DNA of 64,000 nucleotides. It comes from Marispirochaeta sp. Its GTDB lineage: Bacteria > Spirochaetota > Spirochaetia > JC444 > Marispirochaetaceae. The translations under genes and the position numbers were made by a program. Each line of letters opens with the position of its first letter. Position 1 is the first letter of the stretch. Positions 50,183-60,061 of this stretch are shown here, one piece after another. The DNA lies in assembly GCA_963676835.2 (NCBI GenBank), contig CAXXFF010000002.1, forward strand, positions 1,760,001-1,824,000, read 5' to 3'. The notes under the pieces are model-generated. The model worked only from the letters and a program-made list of their open reading frames with translations, was not told where the DNA came from and searched no databases.

Positions 50183-50485
50183 TTAAATAGGGTAACCGAG
50201 TTCAAGCCGGGCGGCTTCACTCATTCGCTCGATACCCCAGGGGGGATTCCATACAAGGGAGGCGCCTACCGCCATTCCTGTAGCCTCTCCGACGGTGTTT
50301 ACAATCTGCTCCTGGATATAATCCCCTACGGGGCATCCGGGATAGGTGAGGGTAAACTGTACCGATACGGATTCATCACTGTTCAGGTCGATCCCGTAGA
50401 TCAGACCGAGATCGACAATATTTATACCCAGTTCCGGGTCAATAACATCCATAAGTGCATCAAGGACTGTACTTTCGTGCACCAT
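50183..50485 (-). CDS. Metal-sulfur cluster assembly factor (DUF59/SufT-like)
   Basis: DPELGINIVDLGLIY, TLTYPGCP, VWNPPW. Confidence 0.88.
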   Translation of the reverse strand: MVHESTVLDALMDVIDPELGINIVDLGLIYGIDLNSDESVSVQFTLTYPGCPVGDYIQEQIVNTVGEATGMAVGASLVWNPPWGIERMSEAARLELGYPI

Positions 50486-50507
50486 TGCTCTTCTCCGTTC
50501 GCAGCTT

Positions 50508-50570
50508 AAAGCTGATAAAAATAGTCATAAAAAACAGGCTTAAATTACTCATATAAGGGCTTCCTGTCAA
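50508..50570 (-). promoter_or_regulatory. suf promoter with candidate Rrf2/IscR-type operator
   Basis: Minus strand TTGACA(50570)-17bp-TAATTT; GAT-N7-GTC AT-rich box at 50508-50532. Confidence 0.5.
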
Positions 50571-50647
50571 ATGATTGTTTGCCGGGCCGATAAACGTATC
50601 AGGAATACATGCTATAGTTGATCATAAAGGTGTCCCAGGAGAGTTCC

Positions 50648-51250
50648 ATGGTAAAGAACAGTGTAATTATTGATGCCCATCCGGATGAGCGGTCCTTCAG
50701 CAGTGCCCTGGCAAAGGAGCTGGCTGCGGAAACAGAGGCTGCCGGGGGCAGGGCGGAAATTGTCAGGCTCTATGATGCGGGCTTTAACCCGGTGCTCTCC
50801 CTGGATGAGATGCAGCGCCGTTTCAGCTTTGATGAGGATGTTCAGGAGCAGCAGAACCTTATTCAGAATGCCCAGGTAATTATCTGGATTCATCCTGACT
50901 GGTGGGGCGGACTTCCGGCGCTTTTAAAAGGCTGGATCGACCGGGTTCTTGCTTCCGGTTTCGCCTTCAGCTTTGAAGAGCAGGAAGACGGGACCGTACG
51001 CAGAGTTCCTCTATTAAAAGGCAAGGCGGCACTTGCGGTTGTAACCAGCGATGCCGATGCATCGGAGCCGGTTCCCGCTGTTGATATCTGGCAGAAACGG
51101 GTTTTCGCCTACACCGGTCTGAATCCTGCGGAGGTACTTCTTTTTCCGGAAGTAAGAAGTTCGGACTTTCCGGTGCGAAAAGAGTTTATCCAGATCTGCC
51201 GGGAAACCCTGAGGGGTATAATTGCATCATCACCCGGGCAGGCTGAATAA
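50648..51250 (+). CDS. NAD(P)H dehydrogenase (quinone), flavodoxin-like fold
   Basis: AHP..SF, HPDWWGGLPALLKGWIDRV. Confidence 0.87.
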   Translation: MVKNSVIIDAHPDERSFSSALAKELAAETEAAGGRAEIVRLYDAGFNPVLSLDEMQRRFSFDEDVQEQQNLIQNAQVIIWIHPDWWGGLPALLKGWIDRVLASGFAFSFEEQEDGTVRRVPLLKGKAALAVVTSDADASEPVPAVDIWQKRVFAYTGLNPAEVLLFPEVRSSDFPVRKEFIQICRETLRGIIASSPGQAE

Positions 51251-51259
51251 GGAGAATTT

Positions 51260-51856
51260 ATGAGCTGGTCGCAAAGCAAGGATGATCACCAGTGGTCGGA
51301 GCTCTCCTCCCGGTATGTAATTAAAACTCCCATTTTCTCTCTTGTCCGGTCGAAACGGGTAGACCGGGAGAACCGTAAAGGGGATTTCTTTATTGTGGAA
51401 GCGCCGGAATGGGTAACGGTTATTCCCCTTTTCGAAAATGATCTTGAAAATGATCCTGAGAATTCCTCAGGGGATGAGTTTCTTATGGTGCGGCAATACC
51501 GTCACGGCTCTCAAGCGGTTACCGTGGAGTTTCCTGCCGGGATTGTAGACCCGGGAGAAGATCCGGTTGATGCTGCAGTCCGGGAACTAAAGGAAGAGAC
51601 CGGCTACGAAGCGCAGGAGATAATTCCCATCGGTTCTGTAAACCCCAACCCGGCATTCATGACAAATCATACCCACACCTTTCTGGCCCGGGGCCTTAAA
51701 AAGGTGGCGGAGCAGCAGCTTGATCCCCTTGAAAGGGTGGAGTACCGGAAAGTGCCTGTGGCGCAGGTTTTTGCCAATATGGGTGAGGGAGAATACGGCA
51801 ACGGTGTTATGCTGATATCCCTTGCGTTCTTTCAGAAGTGGAAAAAAGGAAAATAG
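51260..51856 (+). CDS. NUDIX hydrolase (ADP-ribose pyrophosphatase-like)
   Basis: VRQYRH, Nudix box GIVDPGEDPVDAAVRELKEETG. Confidence 0.88.
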   Translation: MSWSQSKDDHQWSELSSRYVIKTPIFSLVRSKRVDRENRKGDFFIVEAPEWVTVIPLFENDLENDPENSSGDEFLMVRQYRHGSQAVTVEFPAGIVDPGEDPVDAAVRELKEETGYEAQEIIPIGSVNPNPAFMTNHTHTFLARGLKKVAEQQLDPLERVEYRKVPVAQVFANMGEGEYGNGVMLISLAFFQKWKKGK

Positions 51857-51882
51857 TTGAAATCTGTTGAGGGGGAAAAGAG

Positions 51883-51954
51883 AGGCGCCGACCGGATTCG
51901 AACCGGTGCATAAAGGTTTTGCAGACCTCTCCCTTACCACTTGGGTACGGCGCC
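51883..51954 (-). tRNA. tRNA-Cys (GCA)
   Basis: GGCGCCG acceptor stem, D-loop TGG, anticodon loop CTGCAAA, T-loop GGTTCGAATCC; U discriminator, CCA not encoded. Confidence 0.96.
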
Positions 51955-52111
51955 GTGTTGCTCGCCGGAATTCTCCGGTGAATTGGTGCAAAAGATACCA
52001 AAAACCGCCTGCCCTTGTCTACCCTTGTATTTGCGAATTTCGCTTCCATTGTACTATACTTACAGCAGAGCTATGTGGCCCGAACATTGTGACAAATGAA
52101 AAGGGGATGTC

Positions 52112-53269
52112 ATGACATCGATCAACAAGTTTATTGCTCCTGAGTTTATATACGGGGTTGGCTCACGCCTGCAGGCCCCCGCTTACTGCAGGACCCTGCA
52201 TATGAAGAGAATTCTTGTTGTCAGTGATCCCGGAGTGAAGGACGCAGGCTGGACGGACGAAACAGTCAATCTCTTGAGACAGAACGGTTTTTTCATTTCC
52301 CTTTTTACCGGGGTGTCTGAAAACCCCCGTAAGACGGAAGTCGCCAGGGGTGCGGAACAGTATACGGCCGATAAATGCGATGGTATTGTGGCGGTGGGCG
52401 GAGGAAGTGTTCTGGACTGTGCCAAGGGCATCGGCGTTGTAGTTTGCCATGACAGACCTGTCGAGGAGTTCAAGGGCATCGACAAGCTTACCGAGTTTCT
52501 GCCGCCGCTGGTCTGTATTCCCACCACTGCAGGCAGCTCTGCAGATGTCAGCCGCTTTGCTATAATCAACAATGATGACCTTAAGGTTAAGTTCGCAGTA
52601 ATCAGCAGTGGACTTGTTCCCAGTATTGCTCTGATTGATCCCTTAACCCTAACAACCATGCATGCGGATCTCTCCACTGCCACCGGTATGGATGCCCTTT
52701 CTCATGCCTTCGAGGCTTATGTTTCCACCGGAGCTTTTTTTATGACCGACGGCATGGCCCTTGAATCGGTGGATCTGATTGCCCGGAATCTCTATATGAC
52801 CATAAAAAATCCGAAGGATATCTATGCCCGAAGCGGTATGATGCGGGCAAGTCTGCTGGCAGGTCTCGCTTTTTCAAATGCAAGCCTTGGGGCGGTTCAT
52901 GCCCTGGCTCATGCTGTGGGCGGTGTTTCCGATCTGCCCCACGGCCTCTGCAACGCGGTACTGCTTAAAGAGGTGGTACGGGCCAATTTCAGTTCTGCCC
53001 GGGACGGCTACTCCCGTCTCGGTTCTGTACTGCGGGCAGGACTCGGACTGCCTCCGGTAAACCGCGACAACGCCGTGGATGGGATTGTGGAAGCTGTGGA
53101 GCTGTTGGGAGAAAAGTGCGGGCTGGATCTGACCTTTAAATCGCACCATTTCAGCAGTGAGACTATTCATGAAATGGCCGTGCATGCCTCGGAGGATGCC
53201 TGTCTGCTTACCAACCCCCGACCGCTTACGGTAAGCGATCTGGAGGATATTATAAAAAGGGTAGTCTGA
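52112..53269 (+). CDS. Iron-containing alcohol dehydrogenase
   Basis: GGGSVLD, PTTAGS, DALSHAFE, HALAH..GG..LPHG. Confidence 0.9.
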   Translation: MTSINKFIAPEFIYGVGSRLQAPAYCRTLHMKRILVVSDPGVKDAGWTDETVNLLRQNGFFISLFTGVSENPRKTEVARGAEQYTADKCDGIVAVGGGSVLDCAKGIGVVVCHDRPVEEFKGIDKLTEFLPPLVCIPTTAGSSADVSRFAIINNDDLKVKFAVISSGLVPSIALIDPLTLTTMHADLSTATGMDALSHAFEAYVSTGAFFMTDGMALESVDLIARNLYMTIKNPKDIYARSGMMRASLLAGLAFSNASLGAVHALAHAVGGVSDLPHGLCNAVLLKEVVRANFSSARDGYSRLGSVLRAGLGLPPVNRDNAVDGIVEAVELLGEKCGLDLTFKSHHFSSETIHEMAVHASEDACLLTNPRPLTVSDLEDIIKRVV

Positions 53270-53277
53270 CCCGGCTG

Positions 53278-54357
53278 CTACAGCTCCGGGTCCATCCCTT
53301 CCGGTGATCCGCCGATGCTTGTCACCATGGTGGATACCGCCCGTGATGGATCAACCTCGCGGTTCAGAATCGAAAAGACGGTCTCACAGATGGGCAGTTT
53401 CAGTTTTCGCTGTATTGCAATCTGATGCACAAACTTGGCTGCCACCGCACCTTCCGGAAGATAGCCTACGGCTGCAATGTTATGTATAAGATCCTCAAGG
53501 TTCGAGAAGCGGTCAAGAATGCGGTCCTTGATTATCTCCCGGCCGAAACGCCGGTTTCGGCCGTGACGGCTGCGGCAGGTAACATCCAGGTCGCCTACGC
53601 CGGCTATGGAGGTAAAGGTTTCCGGATGGGTCGAGCCCAAAGCGGTTCCCAGCTTCATTATTTCATTCAGTCCTGCAGCTAAAAGCAGAGATTCCGTGTT
53701 GTCTCCCAGGGCATCGGAAAATTCCATCAGTGCATCCAGCATACCGAAGGCAATGGCCACAACGTTTTTTGCTGCGCCGCAGGTCTGTACTCCCACGATG
53801 TCGAGACTGGAGAAGACCATGAGGTTGCTTCCTCCCAGAAGCTCCCGGAAACGGATGGCATTTTTGCCGTTAGAGCATGCGGAAATAAGACCGGTAAGCT
53901 TTCCCCGGGCCACTTCTTCCGCATGGCTGGGGCCTGAAATATATACAACATTATGTTTATAGGCTTCGGGGAGAGTATCCTCAACAGCCTCTACTATCAT
54001 CCGCGGACCCTGATCGTCGGCGATAAAACCCTTTGTCACAATGCCGATAACCGTTTCTCCCGCAGCTATACCCGGAAGAGCGGCCAGGCTCTTTACCGCG
54101 TTAAGGATATAGAGCGAAGGGGTTGCGATAATTATGAATTCCTTGTCCGAGGCGGCCTGGGCAAGATCGGTTGTCGCTTTCAGGGAGGGGGGAAGGTTTA
54201 CGCCCAGAAGAAAGCGGTGGTTTGTCTGGTTGTTGTTAATGTCGTTGACCACATCTTCCATGAAGTCCCACATTTCAACCTGGTTGCCTGTCTCTGCAAG
54301 AACTTTTCCTATTGCAGTTCCCCAGGCTCCGGAACTTATTATTCCAACCTTTTTCAT
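53278..54357 (-). CDS. gpsA: NAD(P)H-dependent glycerol-3-phosphate dehydrogenase
   Basis: SGAWGTA, SGPSHAEE, AKNVVAIA, GVGDLDVTC.S..GRNRRFG. Confidence 0.92.
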   Translation of the reverse strand: MKKVGIISSGAWGTAIGKVLAETGNQVEMWDFMEDVVNDINNNQTNHRFLLGVNLPPSLKATTDLAQAASDKEFIIIATPSLYILNAVKSLAALPGIAAGETVIGIVTKGFIADDQGPRMIVEAVEDTLPEAYKHNVVYISGPSHAEEVARGKLTGLISACSNGKNAIRFRELLGGSNLMVFSSLDIVGVQTCGAAKNVVAIAFGMLDALMEFSDALGDNTESLLLAAGLNEIMKLGTALGSTHPETFTSIAGVGDLDVTCRSRHGRNRRFGREIIKDRILDRFSNLEDLIHNIAAVGYLPEGAVAAKFVHQIAIQRKLKLPICETVFSILNREVDPSRAVSTMVTSIGGSPEGMDPEL

Positions 54358-54366
54358 TACTCCTCC

Positions 54367-56190
54367 TTATTTGAGAGCCGAAGCGGCCCGGACGAAGGTT
54401 TCGATCCGTCCGCCGATAACGGAAAGCCCGCTTCTCCAGAAATTAATGTCTTCAATATCAAAACCGGCTTCTTTAGTTAATTCTACTGCATTCAGCCTGC
54501 CGGTGTCTTTAAGAATAGTGCGGTATTTTTGGGGAAATCCGCTGCTGTTCCTGCGGTATTCTCCGTACAGTGCCAGACCGAAAAGCAGTCCGAAGGCATA
54601 AGGGAAATTATAGAAGGCCAGTTCCGGCCGGTAGTAGTGGCCCTTTACTGCCCACATGTAGGGGTGCAGCTGTTCCGGATCCAGTCCCTCTCCGTAGGTT
54701 TTTTTCTGGGCATCAAGCATCATGCTGCAGAGTTCTTCAGGGCTGAGTTCGTGGTCTGCCCTGCGCTGCATAAGCTCGGATTCAAAATAAAAGCGGCTGA
54801 GAATGTCTACTATAACCTGAGTTGAATCCTGCAGGCTCGATTCCATTAAGAGCAGACCCGATGCCTCATCCATATCTTCCAGGGCCTTTTCCGCCACCAG
54901 GGTTTCGGAGAAGATTGAGGCTGTTTCGGCCAGGGTCATGGGATAATCCTGATGGAGTGGAGGAAGATCCCGTACCACATGGTGATGATATCCGTGGCCG
55001 AGTTCATGGGCCAGGGTGGAAATATCCCGCAGGTTGCCGGAAAAATTGGAGAGAATTCTGCTTTCGCCGGATTCTGGAAAGCTGATGCAGTAGGCTCCGC
55101 CCACTTTTCCTTCCCTGGGCAGGGCGTCGATCCACTGCCTGCTTACCGCTTCCGAGGCATATGCCGCCAGTTCATCCGAGAATGTTGCAAAATTACTGAT
55201 AATAAAATCTGCGGCTTCCCTGAAGCCGACGGATCTCTGCTGTTTACTGTTCTGCACCGGCAGCGGGGCAAACAGATCGTACCAGGCAAGAACCGGCAGT
55301 CCCAGGATATCCGCTTTTGCTTTCAGGTACTTTCTGAAGGCCGGCAGAGACTCTTCCATGGCGCCGATAAGGGCATCAAGGGTTTTTCTGCTGATCCTGG
55401 ACTGTTCCAGAGCCCTGTCCAAAGTGCTGGTATAACCCCTGCGGCTGTTCAGGGTATGGCTGAAGCCTTTTACGCCGTTGAGTGCGGCAGATACAGCCAC
55501 CTCTGCACTCTTCCAGGCTGCAGTTTCCATAGTGTATGCCTTTCTCCGAACATCCCTGTCCGCGTCAAAAGCCATGGTTCTCAGCTGGGTTACCGTTCGG
55601 GTTTCACCGGTTTCGGGGTTCCAGACAGATGACAGGGTGGCTCCCAGGGTGGACTGAAGCCTTGACCAGGCCTCTCCTCCGCTTCTGTTCAGATCCGCCG
55701 CCAGGTCCTCTTCTGCGGGAGAGAGCTGCCTGGACTGAAGAGTCAGGGATTCCCGGATAAACAGCCGGTAGTTACTCAAGGACTCATTGGAATCAAGGAG
55801 TGAATCTATTGAGCTTTCCACCAGTTTCAGGGTGTTACGGAATGCAATCTCCTGTTGTTTCAGTTTGAGCTCCGCTTTCTCAAGCTCACCTAATTCTTTC
55901 AGCGCTTCAGGGTCCCGGGTGGCTGTGCTGTAGCGGGCATAGGCATAGGCGTAGAGGTTTTCAAAGGTGCCTCTGAGACTGTTTGCCGTCTCAACTGCTT
56001 TTTCAAGCCAGTCCCCCGGGTTCAAACCTTCCAGAGCCGCCGGACTGAAAACTTCCTCGGATTCCTTCAGCTTTTCTGCAAGCTTCAGAAGTGCCTGTTT
56101 GTATTCTCTGCTTTTGTATCCGGGATAAATTGAATCCAGCGACCATCGTGGAGGATGGACTGTTTCAGAAGGCGTGTCTTGCGGTTCCAT
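54367..56190 (-). CDS. M3-family oligoendopeptidase (PepF-like)
   Basis: GKVGGAYC, TLAHELGHGYH, LAETASIF.E, FYNFPYAFG. Confidence 0.9.
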   Translation of the reverse strand: MEPQDTPSETVHPPRWSLDSIYPGYKSREYKQALLKLAEKLKESEEVFSPAALEGLNPGDWLEKAVETANSLRGTFENLYAYAYARYSTATRDPEALKELGELEKAELKLKQQEIAFRNTLKLVESSIDSLLDSNESLSNYRLFIRESLTLQSRQLSPAEEDLAADLNRSGGEAWSRLQSTLGATLSSVWNPETGETRTVTQLRTMAFDADRDVRRKAYTMETAAWKSAEVAVSAALNGVKGFSHTLNSRRGYTSTLDRALEQSRISRKTLDALIGAMEESLPAFRKYLKAKADILGLPVLAWYDLFAPLPVQNSKQQRSVGFREAADFIISNFATFSDELAAYASEAVSRQWIDALPREGKVGGAYCISFPESGESRILSNFSGNLRDISTLAHELGHGYHHHVVRDLPPLHQDYPMTLAETASIFSETLVAEKALEDMDEASGLLLMESSLQDSTQVIVDILSRFYFESELMQRRADHELSPEELCSMMLDAQKKTYGEGLDPEQLHPYMWAVKGHYYRPELAFYNFPYAFGLLFGLALYGEYRRNSSGFPQKYRTILKDTGRLNAVELTKEAGFDIEDINFWRSGLSVIGGRIETFVRAASALK

Positions 56191-56370
56191 AGGGTCAACT
56201 CCTGTGCACAGTTATATAGCACCTCTCCCGTCCATTGCAAGTTGTACTGCAGGCTGCTCCGGATTCAAAGAATTCCAAGCTTACTGTGCATTCGGATAAA
56301 TGATGTGCTACTATTGTCTTACCTGAAACATTACAAACCGGAGAAACCCGTAAACGTGAATTATCCATAT

Positions 56371-58044
56371 ATGAATATAAATAAGCTGTATAGAATTTCT
56401 GTTTTTCTGCTTATTCCTCTCCTCATATTCTGGCTTTCGGCAGTGTCTCTTTACGGCCAGTCTTCTGAAGAGCAGTATGATTTTCAGAATCAGTGGGATG
56501 GTGCAGGTTCCTCTGATATGTATGAGGGCAGCGGGGAAAGCGAAAACAGTGAAACAGCGGCAGCTGAGGAATCCCTGCCTTTTCAGGATGAAAACTCCTT
56601 TGAAAATCCGGATTTTACTGAAGATGCCTCAACTGAAGCTGTGCTGCCGCCGGAACTGCTTCCCGGGCTTCAGACCCGGGGAGTGATTGACCTGGATTCC
56701 GGGCTCAATTATGTAACCTACCGCCTGAACGTGTCTCCATCAGCTGTACGGGCAGAGATCCGCTTAAGCCGGGCCCGGGCAGATCTTGATCTTTATGTGC
56801 GGTATGGCACGGAGATCCTGGACTATGGTGCAGTTGATGCAGGCGCCGACAGCGACGACTTTAATGAAGAGCTTGTTCTTTCCCGTTTTGGCGATGCCGG
56901 CCTCTATGACGGAGAGTATTACCTCGATGTTGTCTATCAGCATGAGTTTCCCCCGTTTATCGACGGAAAACAGAGCAGCATTATCGATTTTGATATCCGG
57001 TACACCCTTGAAGAGCTTCAGATTGCAGAAACCATTTCTGCCGGCGACAGTGTATCCGGAACCCTTCTTCCGGAAGAAGGCATGATGAAACTCTACGCGG
57101 TCCGTGCTGCCGGCTGGGATTCGGCTCTGCGGATAGATGTTGCGGATACCACAGGTGATGTGGACCTTTTTGTTTCCAGAAATACCCCGGCGATCAGTCC
57201 GGAAAATGCGGAATTCCGCAGTGAAAGCCTGCTTGGCCGGGAGTCTCTGGTAATCAGCAGAGAAACTGATCCCTCCTATTCTCCCGGTACCTACTATATT
57301 CTGGTTCTTGATCAGGTTTCTGACCGGTTTCCGGTAATGTTTTCCCTGCATACCGGTACCTCCACCGATGCCCCGGGGGCCCTTATGGATATTCCCCCCG
57401 TACCGGATCCTGACGATCCTCTTCAGCATGCTGTCGGGGCAACCGTTGAGGTTATCGGTGAGAACGGCAGAGGCTCGGGCTGCATGGTATCCCGTGACGG
57501 ATATCTGCTGACCAACTGGCATGTGGTTAAAAACGGTGAGAATCAGCCCTCGGCTCCGGTATACGTTGCTGCAACGATTGATCAGCACCTGCCCCCGAAG
57601 GAACTTTTTTCCGGCAGCGTGGTGCGCTATGACGAAGATCTTGACCTTGCCCTGATAAAAATCGACGCCGGGAGATACGGACAGCCCCTCCCCGGGGCAT
57701 ACCGCTTCCCCTTCTTTGAGTTTACCGAAAGCGGAATTCCCCGCATGGGTGAACCCATCTCCATTCTCGGGTATCCCGCCAACGGCGGAATCGGCTCAAG
57801 AGTTTCGGTTACCCTTACCCGGGGTATTGTCAGCGGCTTCGAGGCATCTCCCCTTGGGGTATTTATTAAGACCGACGGGGAAATCTCCTTCGGAAATTCC
57901 GGCGGTGCAGTATTCAATGCCTTCGGGGAGCTGGTGGGGCTTCCGGTATCCATCTATACCGATGGAGAAGGGAAGCTGGGCTTTATTCTTCCTGTAAGCA
58001 TGATTCCTTCCTCCTGGCTCAAAATTATTTCCGGCACTCACTGA
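56371..58044 (+). CDS. Exported trypsin-like serine protease with two N-terminal pre-peptidase (PPC-like) repeats
   Basis: Signal/TM, acidic linker, DLDLYV and DVDLFV repeats, triad TNWH / DLAL / GNSGG. Confidence 0.8.
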   Translation: MNINKLYRISVFLLIPLLIFWLSAVSLYGQSSEEQYDFQNQWDGAGSSDMYEGSGESENSETAAAEESLPFQDENSFENPDFTEDASTEAVLPPELLPGLQTRGVIDLDSGLNYVTYRLNVSPSAVRAEIRLSRARADLDLYVRYGTEILDYGAVDAGADSDDFNEELVLSRFGDAGLYDGEYYLDVVYQHEFPPFIDGKQSSIIDFDIRYTLEELQIAETISAGDSVSGTLLPEEGMMKLYAVRAAGWDSALRIDVADTTGDVDLFVSRNTPAISPENAEFRSESLLGRESLVISRETDPSYSPGTYYILVLDQVSDRFPVMFSLHTGTSTDAPGALMDIPPVPDPDDPLQHAVGATVEVIGENGRGSGCMVSRDGYLLTNWHVVKNGENQPSAPVYVAATIDQHLPPKELFSGSVVRYDEDLDLALIKIDAGRYGQPLPGAYRFPFFEFTESGIPRMGEPISILGYPANGGIGSRVSVTLTRGIVSGFEASPLGVFIKTDGEISFGNSGGAVFNAFGELVGLPVSIYTDGEGKLGFILPVSMIPSSWLKIISGTH

Positions 58045-58059
58045 CAGGAGAGGGCTGTT

Positions 58060-59412
58060 GTGGATTCACTGTCCAGGCTGACATCACTACTTCAGGAGCT
58101 GATCCGTAATCGCTGTGTCAACGACGGTCACCATTGTAATGAAGCTGTGTCAGCAGCATCTCTCAAGCGGTTTTTCTCTGAGTACGGGATCGAAGCGGAA
58201 ATATTCTCTAAAAAAGAGGGCCGGGATAATCTGGTGGTGCGTATTCCCGGCACTGATCCAGATGCTCCCTCCCTTGCGTTCATGGGACATCTGGATGTAG
58301 TTCCCGCGTCCCCGGAAGACTGGAAACTGGATCCCTTTGGTGGTGAACTTGCCCATGGAGAGGTCTGGGGACGGGGTGCGGTGGATATGCTTAATATGAC
58401 CGCTTCCCAGGCGGTCGGCTTTGCGGAAGCAGTTAAGAAACATGGCGCCTTTCCCGGGGACCTTCTCTATATTGCCCTGGCGGACGAAGAGGCTTCAGGA
58501 AAGTACGGCGCCCGCTGGCTGACGGATCATCACTGGGACAAGGTCTCCTGCGACGTAATGGTCTCGGAGATCGGCGGCTTTTATATACAGGGCCGCCGGG
58601 GAAAGCATGCTGTTCTCGGGGTTGGGGAAAAAGGGGTCGCCTGGCTGAGGGTTATCACCCGGGGTGTTCCCGGTCACGGCAGTATTCCCTATGGTGCTAA
58701 AAACGCTGTGGATGACCTTGTTTCCCTGTCCTGTAAACTTGCTGAGGCAAGTCCCCGTCTGCGGATGGGGAGCATCTACCGGGGAATGGTCAAAGCATCC
58801 TCGGGTAATCTTGCTGAAGCGCTTCTTCTTAATACACCCCTGACTCAGGCTGCCGGTCTGTCCAGGCTGGCAGCAAGAAACCCCGGAGCCGCAAAATGGC
58901 TTCATGCGGCCTCCCTCACAACTGTGTCCACCGGTATGATACAGGGGGGGAGCAAGATAAATATAATTCCCGATACCGCCTATATGGATCTTGATATCCG
59001 TCTTGTTCCCGGGGAGAGCCTGGAATCTGCCATGGCTCTGGTCCACCGGGCGGCACGGTCCGCCGGGGTGGACGCGGAGCTGGAAGTGCTGGAATTTTTC
59101 CCCCCCACAATCAGTGAGAGTGAAGGACCCTTTTTCGATGCCAGTGCATCTTTGCTGAAAAAGAATGTGGAGGATGCCGAGCTCCTGCCTATTCTCGTGG
59201 GAGGCGCCACTGACGGCCGCTTCTGGCGACGAAAGGGTACCAGGGTATATGGATTTACCCTTTTTGATAAAAAAATGACCATGGACCGTTTTTCAAAACT
59301 TATCCATGGCCGTAATGAGCGTATTTCTCTGGACAGCCTCGCGCTGTCTCTGGAGTATTATACAAAACTCCCCGGTGAGTTTTTCGCCGCCTGGCAGGCC
59401 GCGCAGCAGTAA
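58060..59412 (+). CDS. M20-family metallopeptidase/amidohydrolase
   Basis: GHLDVVP, WGRGAVDM, ADEE, GHGS.P, IHGRNE. Confidence 0.88.
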   Translation: MDSLSRLTSLLQELIRNRCVNDGHHCNEAVSAASLKRFFSEYGIEAEIFSKKEGRDNLVVRIPGTDPDAPSLAFMGHLDVVPASPEDWKLDPFGGELAHGEVWGRGAVDMLNMTASQAVGFAEAVKKHGAFPGDLLYIALADEEASGKYGARWLTDHHWDKVSCDVMVSEIGGFYIQGRRGKHAVLGVGEKGVAWLRVITRGVPGHGSIPYGAKNAVDDLVSLSCKLAEASPRLRMGSIYRGMVKASSGNLAEALLLNTPLTQAAGLSRLAARNPGAAKWLHAASLTTVSTGMIQGGSKINIIPDTAYMDLDIRLVPGESLESAMALVHRAARSAGVDAELEVLEFFPPTISESEGPFFDASASLLKKNVEDAELLPILVGGATDGRFWRRKGTRVYGFTLFDKKMTMDRFSKLIHGRNERISLDSLALSLEYYTKLPGEFFAAWQAAQQ

Positions 59413-59419
59413 TTCCCGC

Positions 59420-60001
59420 CTAAACCAGCTGTTTAAGCTGTTCTTTTGCCTGTTTCAGCGCTTCGCTGTACTGGCTTTCCAGCTGGCCCAGATGGTCTTT
59501 CAGCACCTTGGTAAACTCGGGATCCTGGGAGGGTGAGAGTTTTACCGGCGATCCGGTCTGCCGGGCAATCTCCTGCTCTTTCTGTCTCAAACGCGGGGCA
59601 AACTGCTGTTCAAGACTGGAAACAAGCTGCTCCTGATTGGCCAGATACTGTCCAAAAAACTGATTAATCTGTTCGAACATCATGGATACCTGCTTCGTAT
59701 CTCCCGTCAGAATAGAAAAGGCCTCTTCCAGCAGGGCTGTTTTTTCGGAAAACTCTTTTGTCTGGGGCAGGCTGAGGTTCGCCGAAAGGGTTGAAAGCAG
59801 CCCGTCCTTAAGCCACTGCAGCTCTTCTTTGTCGGCAGTTTTAAGCTGTTTTTTCAGCTCCCCTGCATCAATATCTCCGGCGAGAAATTTCCCGGCCAGC
59901 CGTTTTCCTGCATCGGCTTTTTCCCTGGCGGCAATGCTCTTTTTATCTACTTCAATGTCCTTTGTTCGCTCAAGGGCAATCTCAAGGGCGGATTTGATCA
60001 T
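59420..60001 (-). CDS. Conserved-looking helical hypothetical protein
   Basis: Start MIKSALEIALERT with GGAG RBS; helical, charged composition. Confidence 0.7.
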   Translation of the reverse strand: MIKSALEIALERTKDIEVDKKSIAAREKADAGKRLAGKFLAGDIDAGELKKQLKTADKEELQWLKDGLLSTLSANLSLPQTKEFSEKTALLEEAFSILTGDTKQVSMMFEQINQFFGQYLANQEQLVSSLEQQFAPRLRQKEQEIARQTGSPVKLSPSQDPEFTKVLKDHLGQLESQYSEALKQAKEQLKQLV

Positions 60002-60061
60002 CTGAACTCTCCTGGTAACTTCGTTTCCTGCAGTAAAAATACAAAAATGGCCGGGACAATA

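Noticed and set aside
51434..51463. 12-bp repeat encoding ENDLENDPEN in the NUDIX gene
   Set aside because: In-frame loop duplication with no sign of phase variation
51883..51954. tRNA-Cys as integration site of an island
   Set aside because: No integrase, no duplicated tRNA 3' end seen, and the flanks are housekeeping-type genes
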